Source: Schmidtea nova (lineage: Eukaryota). Taken from it: 64,000 nt of DNA. A model generated the notes under the pieces. The model worked only from the letters and a program-made list of their open reading frames with translations. It was not told where the DNA came from and searched no databases. The stretch is taken from NCBI GenBank assembly GCA_044892505.1, contig CM097884.1:91202001-91266000 (forward strand). The letters are read 5' to 3'. Position 1 is the stretch's first letter. The number at the start of each line of letters is the position of its first letter. The translations under genes were made by a program, and so were the position numbers. Below, one piece after another: positions 57,001-64,000 of this stretch.

Positions 57001-60000
57001 CTCCAACTAGACCAGGAGCTACAACAACTACAACTAGACGAACAACGACTCTGAAACCATGTGCCGTGAAACTCGTCATCAAAGATAAGCAATTGACAGG
57101 AATTACAGTGACACCAAAGATTTCCAAGAGTGATGTTAAAAAGTTGAGACCTGATTGGAAACATCCAAAACAAGGTGTTGAGTTCAAACGTGGAAAACAC
57201 ACAATTGTTGTCAAGATCGTCAAAGGCACTCACCAAAAGAAACCAAACAGAATCACAGCAGCCGGTTTGAAAGTAGTCAATGTCAATCCAGGCGACAAAT
57301 TGAGCAAATACTTCAAGTCAGTTACAATTGTAATTACGAAACAAAAGTTCACAAGAGGTGGCAAACGAAAGACTGTCAAGAAAACGATTAAAGTCCCATT
57401 GAAAACAATTTTTGACGATTTGAGAAATGTGTTGAGAAAACCACATCATTATGTGAAGAAAGTGACATTCAAATTTGAAGTGACGAAAGTTGTTAAAGTG
57501 AAATTGGTTGTGAAAGGCTGTGTTGACAAAGTACCGACGCCGCCAACATTGCGTCCAACAACTAAATCTACTCCAACTAGACCAGGAGCTACAACAACTA
57601 CAACTAGACGAACAACGACTCTGAAACCATGTGCCGTGAAACTCGTCATCAAAGATAAGCAATTGACAGGAATTACAGTGACACCAAAGATTTCCAAGAG
57701 TGATGTTAAAAAGTTGAGACCTGATTGGAAACATCCAAAACAAGGTGTTGAGTTCAAACGTGGAAAACACACAATTGTTGTCAAGATCGTCAAAGGCACT
57801 CACCAAAAGAAACCAAACAGAATCACAGCAGCCGGTTTGAAAGTAGTCAATGTCAATCCAGGCGACAAATTGAGCAAATACTTCAAGTCAGTTACAATTG
57901 TAATTACGAAACAAAAGTTCACAAGAGGTGGCAAACGAAAGACTGTCAAGAAAACGATTAAAGTCCCATTGAAAACAATTGTTGACGATTTGAGAAATGT
58001 GTTGAGAAAACCACATCATTATGTGAAGAAAGTGACATTCAAATTTGAAGTGACGAAAGTTGTTAAAGTGAAATTGGTTGTGAAAGGCTGTGTTGACAAA
58101 GTACCGACGCCACCAACATTGCGTCCAACAACTAAATCTACTCCAACTAGACCAGGAGCTACAACAACTACAACTAGACGAACAACGACTCTGAAACCAT
58201 GTGCCGTGAAACTCGTCATCAAAGATAAGCAATTGACAGGAATTACAGTGACACCAAAGATTTCCAAGAGTGATGTTAAAAAGTTGAGACCTGATTGGAA
58301 ACATCCAAAACAAGGTGTTGAGTTCAAACGTGGAAAACACACAATTGTTGTCAAGATCGTCAAAGGCACTCACCAAAAGAAACCAAACAGAATCACAGCA
58401 GCCGGTTTGAAAGTAGTCAATGTCAATCCAGGCGACAAATTGAGCAAATACTTCAAGTCAGTTACAATTGTAATTACGAAACAAAAGTTCACAAGAGGTG
58501 GCAAACGAAAGACTGTCAAGAAAACGATTAAAGTCCCATTGAAAACAATTGTTGACGATTTGAGAAATGTGTTGAGAAAACCACATCATTATGTGAAGAA
58601 AGTGACATTCAAATTTGAAGTGACGAAAGTTGTTAAAGTGAAATTGGTTGTGAAAGGCTGTGTTGACAAAGTACCGACGCCACCAACATTGCGTCCAACA
58701 ACTAAATCTACTCCAACTAGACCAGGAGCTACAACAACTACAACTAGACGAACAACGACTCTGAAACCATGTGCCGTGAAACTCGTCATCAAAGATAAGC
58801 AATTGACAGGAATTACAGTGACACCAAAGATTTCCAAGAGTGATGTTAAAAAGTTGAGACCTGATTGGAAACATCCAAAACAAGGTGTTGAGTTCAAACG
58901 TGGAAAACACACAATTGTTGTCAAGATCGTCAAAGGCACTCACCAAAAGAAACCAAACAGAATCACAGCAGCCGGTTTGAAAGTAGTCAATGTCAATCCA
59001 GGCGACAAATTGAGCAAATACTTCAAGTCAGTTACAATTGTAATTACGAAACAAAAGTTCACAAGAGGTGGCAAACGAAAGACTGTCAAGAAAACGATTA
59101 AAGTCCCATTGAAAACAATTTTTGACGATTTGAGAAATGTGTTGAGAAAACCACATCATTATGTGAAGAAAGTGACATTCAAATTTGAAGTGACGAAAGT
59201 TGTTAAAGTGAAATTGGTTGTGAAAGGCTGTGTTGACAAAGTACCGACGCCGCCAACATTGCGTCCAACAACTAAATCTACTCCAACTAGACCAGGAGCT
59301 ACAACAACTACAACTAGACGAACAACGACTCTGAAACCATGTGCCGTGAAACTCGTCATCAAAGATAAGCAATTGACAGGAATTACAGTGACACCAAAGA
59401 TTTCCAAGAGTGATGTTAAAAAGTTGAGACCTGATTGGAAACATCCAAAACAAGGTGTTGAGTTCAAACGTGGAAAACACACAATTGTTGTCAAGATCGT
59501 CAAAGGCACTCACCAAAAGAAACCAAACAGAATCACAGCAGCCGGTTTGAAAGTAGTCAATGTCAATCCAGGCGACAAATTGAGCAAATACTTCAAGTCA
59601 GTTACAATTGTAATTACGAAACAAAAGTTCACAAGAGGTGGCAAACGAAAGACTGTCAAGAAAACGATTAAAGTCCCATTGAAAACAATTTTTGACGATT
59701 TGAAAAACGTTTTGAGAAAACCACATCATTATGTGAAGAAAGTGACAATCAAATTTGAAGTGACGAAAGTTGTTAAAGTGAAATTGGTTGTGAAAGGCTG
59801 TGTTGACAAAGTACCGACGCCGCCAACATTGCGTCCAACAACTAAATCTACTCCAACTAGACCAGGAGCTACAACAACTACAACTAGACGAACAACGACT
59901 CTGAAACCATGTGCCGTGAAACTCGTCATCAAAGATAAGCAATTGACAGGAATTACAGTGACACCAAAGATTTCCAAGAGTGATGTTAAAAAGTTGAGAC

Positions 60001-63000
60001 CTGATTGGAAACATCCAAAACAAGGTGTTGAGTTCAAACGTGGAAAACACACAATTGTTGTCAAGATCGTCAAAGGCACTCACCAAAAGAAACCAAACAG
60101 AATCACAGCAGCCGGTTTGAAAGTAGTCAATGTCAATCCAGGCGACAAATTGAGCAAATACTTCAAGTCAGTTACAATTGTAATTACGAAACAAAAGTTC
60201 ACAAGAGGTGGCAAACGAAAGACTGTCAAGAAAACGATTAAAGTCCCATTGAAAACAATTGTTGACGATTTGAGAAATGTGTTGAGAAAACCACATCATT
60301 ATGTGAAGAAAGTGACATTCAAATTTGAAGTGACGAAAGTTGTTAAAGTGAAATTGGTTGTGAAAGGCTGTGTTGACAAAGTACCGACGCCACCAACATT
60401 GCGTCCAACAACTAAATCTACTCCAACTAGACCAGGAGCTACAACAACTACAACTAGACGAACAACGACTCTGAAACCATGTGCCGTGAAACTCGTCATC
60501 AAAGATAAGCAATTGACAGGAATTACAGTGACACCAAAGATTTCCAAGAGTGATGTTAAAAAGTTGAGACCTGATTGGAAACATCCAAAACAAGGTGTTG
60601 AGTTCAAACGTGGAAAACACACAATTGTTGTCAAGATCGTCAAAGGCACTCACCAAAAGAAACCAAACAGAATCACAGCAGCCGGTTTGAAAGTAGTCAA
60701 TGTCAATCCAGGCGACAAATTGAGCAAATACTTCAAGTCAGTTACAATTGTAATTACGAAACAAAAGTTCACAAGAGGTGGCAAACGAAAGACTGTCAAG
60801 AAAACGATTAAAGTCCCATTGAAAACAATTTTTGACGATTTGAAAAACGTTTTGAGAAAACCACATCATTATGTGAAGAAAGTGACAATCAAATTTGAAG
60901 TGACGAAAGTTGTTAAAGTGAAATTGGTTGTGAAAGGCTGTGTTGACAAAGTACCGACGCCGCCAACATTGCGTCCAACAACTAAATCTACTCCAACTAG
61001 ACCAGGAGCTACAACAACTACAACTAGACGAACAACGACTCTGAAACCATGTGCCGTGAAACTCGTCATCAAAGATAAGCAATTGACAGGAATTACAGTG
61101 ACACCAAAGATTTCCAAGAGTGATGTTAAAAAGTTGAGACCTGATTGGAAACATCCAAAACAAGGTGTTGAGTTCAAACGTGGAAAACACACAATTGTTG
61201 TCAAGATCGTCAAAGGCACTCACCAAAAGAAACCAAACAGAATCACAGCAGCCGGTTTGAAAGTAGTCAATGTCAATCCAGGCGACAAATTGAGCAAATA
61301 CTTCAAGTCAGTTACAATTGTAATTACGAAACAAAAGTTCACAAGAGGTGGCAAACGAAAGACTGTCAAGAAAACGATTAAAGTCCCATTGAAAACAATT
61401 GTTGACGATTTGAGAAATGTGTTGAGAAAACCACATCATTATGTGAAGAAAGTGACATTCAAATTTGAAGTGACGAAAGTTGTTAAAGTGAAATTGGTTG
61501 TGAAAGGCTGTGTTGACAAAGTACCGACGCCACCAACATTGCGTCCAACAACTAAATCTACTCCAACTAGACCAGGAGCTACAACAACTACAACTAGACG
61601 AACAACGACTCTGAAACCATGTGCCGTGAAACTCGTCATCAAAGATAAGCAATTGACAGGAATTACAGTGACACCAAAGATTTCCAAGAGTGATGTTAAA
61701 AAGTTGAGACCTGATTGGAAACATCCAAAACAAGGTGTTGAGTTCAAACGTGGAAAACACACAATTGTTGTCAAGATCGTCAAAGGCACTCACCAAAAGA
61801 AACCAAACAGAATCACAGCAGCCGGTTTGAAAGTAGTCAATGTCAATCCAGGCGACAAATTGAGCAAATACTTCAAGTCAGTTACAATTGTAATTACGAA
61901 ACAAAAGTTCACAAGAGGTGGCAAACGAAAGACTGTCAAGAAAACGATTAAAGTCCCATTGAAAACAATTTTTGACGATTTGAAAAACGTTTTGAGAAAA
62001 CCACATCATTATGTGAAGAAAGTGACAATCAAATTTGAAGTGACGAAAGTTGTTAAAGTGAAATTGGTTGTGAAAGGCTGTGTTGACAAAGTACCGACGC
62101 CGCCAACATTGCGTCCAACAACTAAATCTACTCCAACTAGACCAGGAGCTACAACAACTACAACTAGACGAACAACGACTCTGAAACCATGTGCCGTGAA
62201 ACTCGTCATCAAAGATAAGCAATTGACAGGAATTACAGTGACACCAAAGATTTCCAAGAGTGATGTTAAAAAGTTGAGACCTGATTGGAAACATCCAAAA
62301 CAAGGTGTTGAGTTCAAACGTGGAAAACACACAATTGTTGTCAAGATCGTCAAAGGCACTCACCAAAAGAAACCAAACAGAATCACAGCAGCCGGTTTGA
62401 AAGTAGTCAATGTCAATCCAGGCGACAAATTGAGCAAATACTTCAAGTCAGTTACAATTGTAATTACGAAACAAAAGTTCACAAGAGGTGGCAAACGAAA
62501 GACTGTCAAGAAAACGATTAAAGTCCCATTGAAAACAATTGTTGACGATTTGAGAAATGTGTTGAGAAAACCACATCATTATGTGAAGAAAGTGACATTC
62601 AAATTTGAAGTGACGAAAGTTGTTAAAGTGAAATTGGTTGTGAAAGGCTGTGTTGACAAAGTACCGACGCCACCAACATTGCGTCCAACAACTAAATCTA
62701 CTCCAACTAGACCAGGAGCTACAACAACTACAACTAGACGAACAACGACTCTGAAACCATGTGCCGTGAAACTCGTCATCAAAGATAAGCAATTGACAGG
62801 AATTACAGTGACACCAAAGATTTCCAAGAGTGATGTTAAAAAGTTGAGACCTGATTGGAAACATCCAAAACAAGGTGTTGAGTTCAAACGTGGAAAACAC
62901 ACAATTGTTGTCAAGATCGTCAAAGGCACTCACCAAAAGAAACCAAACAGAATCACAGCAGCCGGTTTGAAAGTAGTCAATGTCAATCCAGGCGACAAAT

Positions 63001-63998
63001 TGAGCAAATACTTCAAGTCAGTTACAATTGTAATTACGAAACAAAAGTTCACAAGAGGTGGCAAACGAAAGACTGTCAAGAAAACGATTAAAGTCCCATT
63101 GAAAACAATTTTTGACGATTTGAGAAATGTGTTGAGAAAACCACATCATTATGTGAAGAAAGTGACATTCAAATTTGAAGTGACGAAAGTTGTTAAAGTG
63201 AAATTGGTTGTGAAAGGCTGTGTTGACAAAGTACCGACGCCGCCAACATTGCGTCCAACAACTAAATCTACTCCAACTAGACCAGGAGCTACAACAACTA
63301 CAACTAGACGAACAACGACTCTGAAACCATGTGCCGTGAAACTCGTCATCAAAGATAAGCAATTGACAGGAATTACAGTGACACCAAAGATTTCCAAGAG
63401 TGATGTTAAAAAGTTGAGACCTGATTGGAAACATCCAAAACAAGGTGTTGAGTTCAAACGTGGAAAACACACAATTGTTGTCAAGATCGTCAAAGGCACT
63501 CACCAAAAGAAACCAAACAGAATCACAGCAGCCGGTTTGAAAGTAGTCAATGTCAATCCAGGCGACAAATTGAGCAAATACTTCAAGTCAGTTACAATTG
63601 TAATTACGAAACAAAAGTTCACAAGAGGTGGCAAACGAAAGACTGTCAAGAAAACGATTAAAGTCCCATTGAAAACAATTTTTGACGATTTGAAAAACGT
63701 TTTGAGAAAACCACATCATTATGTGAAGAAAGTGACAATCAAATTTGAAGTGACGAAAGTTGTTAAAGTGAAATTGGTTGTGAAAGGCTGTGTTGACAAA
63801 GTACCGACGCCGCCAACATTGCGTCCAACAACTAAATCTACTCCAACTAGACCAGGAGCTACAACAACTACAACTAGACGAACAACGACTCTGAAACCAT
63901 GTGCCGTGAAACTCGTCATCAAAGATAAGCAATTGACAGGAATTACAGTGACACCAAAGATTTCCAAGAGTGATGTTAAAAAGTTGAGACCTGATTGG
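3..63998 (+). CDS. Internal fragment (open at both ends) of a giant tandem-repeat protein, at least 21,332 aa: 112 x 190-aa units of a basic discoidin/FA58C-like domain plus a Thr/Pro-rich linker. Probably a secreted mucin-like or structural protein. Absent from the supplied ORF track.
   Basis: Manual translation from base 3 gives PTRPGATTTTTRRTTTLKPCAVKLVIKDKQLTGITVTPKISKSDVKKLRPDWKHPKQGVEFKRGKHTIVVKIVKGTHQKKPNRITAAGLKVVNVNPGDKLSKYFKSVTIVITKQKFTRGGKRKTVKKTIKVPLKTIVDDLRNVLRKPHHYVKKVTFKFEVTKVVKVKLVVKGCVDKVPTPPTLRPTTKST (190 aa), with no stop and no Met. The unit length of 570 is divisible by 3. The other two + frames stop at once (TAG at 8-10, TGA at 52-54). All 21 variants seen are missense or synonymous in this frame. 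Exact 570-bp spacing of the track ORFs shows no net indel. The open frame is seen directly; expression and function are inferred. Confidence 0.88.
60..521 (+). other. Repeat domain (first copy; recurs every 570 bp): Cys20 to Cys173, 154 aa, divergent discoidin / F5-8 type C (FA58C)-like beta-rich domain, highly Lys/Val-rich
   Basis: Motifs match the FA58C pattern by eye and in the right order: terminal Cys pair, IKDKQLT (compare I.D.QITASS), W-K-H-P (compare W.P), HTIVVKI (compare WLQVDL), RITAAG (compare VTGI.TQG), YFKSVTI (compare YVKSYKI), and KVKLVVKGC (compare LRLELYGC). The Cys-to-Cys length fits the roughly 150-aa fold. No HMM or structure search was run. Confidence 0.55.
522..629 (+). 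other. Thr/Pro-rich mucin-like linker (first copy; recurs every 570 bp): VDKVPTPPTLRPTTKSTPTRPGATTTTTRRTTTLKP
   Basis: 36 aa between Cys173 and the next Cys20, containing 14 Thr, 7 Pro and 1 Ser. This PTS composition is typical of O-glycosylated spacers. Glycosylation is inferred. Confidence 0.75.
5701..17100 (+). repeat. Loose 5-unit (2850-bp) periodicity of the synonymous Thr161 ACG>ACA marker
   Basis: The marker at unit offset 485 occurs in units 2, 4, 6, 7, 9, 14, 15, 19, 20, 29 and 30. Units 11-15, 16-20 and 26-30 each read A,A,A,a,a. It rests on a single marker, so support is modest. Confidence 0.5.
19951..33630 (+). repeat. 12-unit (6840-bp) higher-order duplication: units 36-47 and 48-59
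   Basis: Both blocks have the haplotype order A,C,C,A,B,B+K90Q+D138Y,A,B,B+K90Q+g542,C,A,B+K90Q. The rare D138Y change is at 23214 and 30054, exactly 6840 bp apart. Confidence 0.9.
33631..35910 (+). repeat. 4-unit block (units 60-63) matching units 44-47 (24511-26790), offset 9120 bp
   Basis: Same haplotype order. The rare T9N (25108, 34228) and K157Q (25551, 34671) changes occur only in units 45 and 61. Confidence 0.85.
39331..44460 (+). repeat. 3-unit (1710-bp) higher-order repeat in three copies, units 70-78
   Basis: Synonymous CCA>CCC at 39728, 41438 and 43148. Synonymous CCG>CCA at 41006, 42716 and 44426. The order B,A,B repeats three times. Confidence 0.9.
54151..63840 (+). repeat. 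Predominantly 2-unit (1140-bp) alternation of A and C haplotypes with interspersed mosaic D units, units 96-112
   Basis: The order is C,A,C,A,C,D,A,A,D,C,A,C,A,C,A,D,C. C carries V137F, the B block and g542. D carries V137F and g542 around an A-type core. Confidence 0.75.
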
Positions 63999-64000
63999 AA

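Larger units (their letters stand above)
1..64000 (+). repeat. Coding tandem array of 570-bp units, about 112.3 copies, each within a few substitutions of consensus (about 99% identity or better)
   Basis: The sequence ctccaactagaccaggagct recurs at 1, 571, 1141 and so on up to 63841. Track ORFs recur every 570 bp. The array fills the window and neither boundary is visible. Confidence 0.99.

Noticed and set aside
318-63932. Repeated 162/174-aa minus-strand ORFs (MVSAFDDL..., MQTGCC...) in the ORF track
   Set aside because: They are in codon register with the + strand ORF and are its antisense shadow. They start at TTG, have an implausible Cys/Trp/Phe/Ser composition, and their length changes passively with the K90Q variant.
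449-63967. Repeated 116-aa minus-strand ORFs (MPLTILTT...VVVVV) that look hydrophobic or membrane-like
   Set aside because: The poly-Val stretch is the reverse complement of the Thr-codon run in the linker. No family is recognisable, and it is a by-product of the A-rich sense strand.
1-64000. Non-coding satellite DNA interpretation
   Set aside because: A 570-bp unit that is stop-free in one frame, translates to an ordered Cys-bounded domain plus PTS linker, and shows recurrent third-position silent changes is far better explained as coding. A recently dead coding array cannot be fully excluded without expression data.
1-64000. Rolling-circle or MDA concatemer of a 570-nt circle (endless-ORF circular replicon) or other sequencing artefact
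   Set aside because: Copying one circle would give identical units with scattered errors, not multi-site haplotypes, zones and nested 12-, 4-, 3- and 2-unit blocks. No replicase, Rep or ribozyme signature is recognisable. Exact copy number still needs read support.
1-64000. CRISPR array, diversity-generating retroelement or phase-variable cassette system
   Set aside because: There are no short repeats with unique spacers and no reverse transcriptase or recombinase gene. Variation is not adenine-specific and is far too sparse.
1-64000. Assignment of a gene symbol or source organism (titin, MUC2/5/16, SCO-spondin, hemolectin, bacterial adhesin)
   Set aside because: The unit matches no protein I recognise. 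It shows no Ig/Fn3, SEA, VWD, RTX or LPXTG features, and the unique termini are outside the window.
1-64000. Hidden introns within each unit (GT...AG pairs are present)
   Set aside because: The entire unit translates without stops into a coherent domain plus linker, and no pyrimidine tract or low-complexity intron-like segment is present on the + strand. RNA-seq would be the definitive test.

Overview
The whole window is one head-to-tail tandem array of a 570-bp unit (112 full copies plus 160 bp, about 39% GC by hand count, A-rich on the + strand, no net indels). Every ORF in the supplied track is an antisense shadow. The real signal is a + strand reading frame (codons starting at position 3) that I translated by hand. 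It has no stop and no Met in the unit, and every variant I found keeps it open, giving one continuous ORF of at least 21,332 codons that runs off both ends of the window. Each 190-aa unit is a roughly 154-aa Cys-to-Cys domain with motifs resembling a divergent discoidin/F5-8 type C (FA58C) fold, extremely basic (38 Lys, 11 Arg, 9 Asp/Glu), followed by a 36-aa Thr/Pro-rich mucin-like linker. The best reading is the interior of a giant, intronless, secreted beads-on-a-string polycationic protein, probably animal. Taxon, gene ends and expression cannot be seen here. I found 21 substitution variants. They form zones, nested higher-order repeats (about 5-, 12-, 3- and 2-unit periods) and mosaic units, a satellite-like record of unequal exchange and gene conversion inside a coding sequence. 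No RNA genes, CRISPR arrays, mobile elements or regulatory sites are supported. Unit n is defined as bases 570(n-1)+1 to 570n, and residue 1 is the codon at offset 3. Variant calls come from visual reading plus the ORF track, so rare changes may have been missed.
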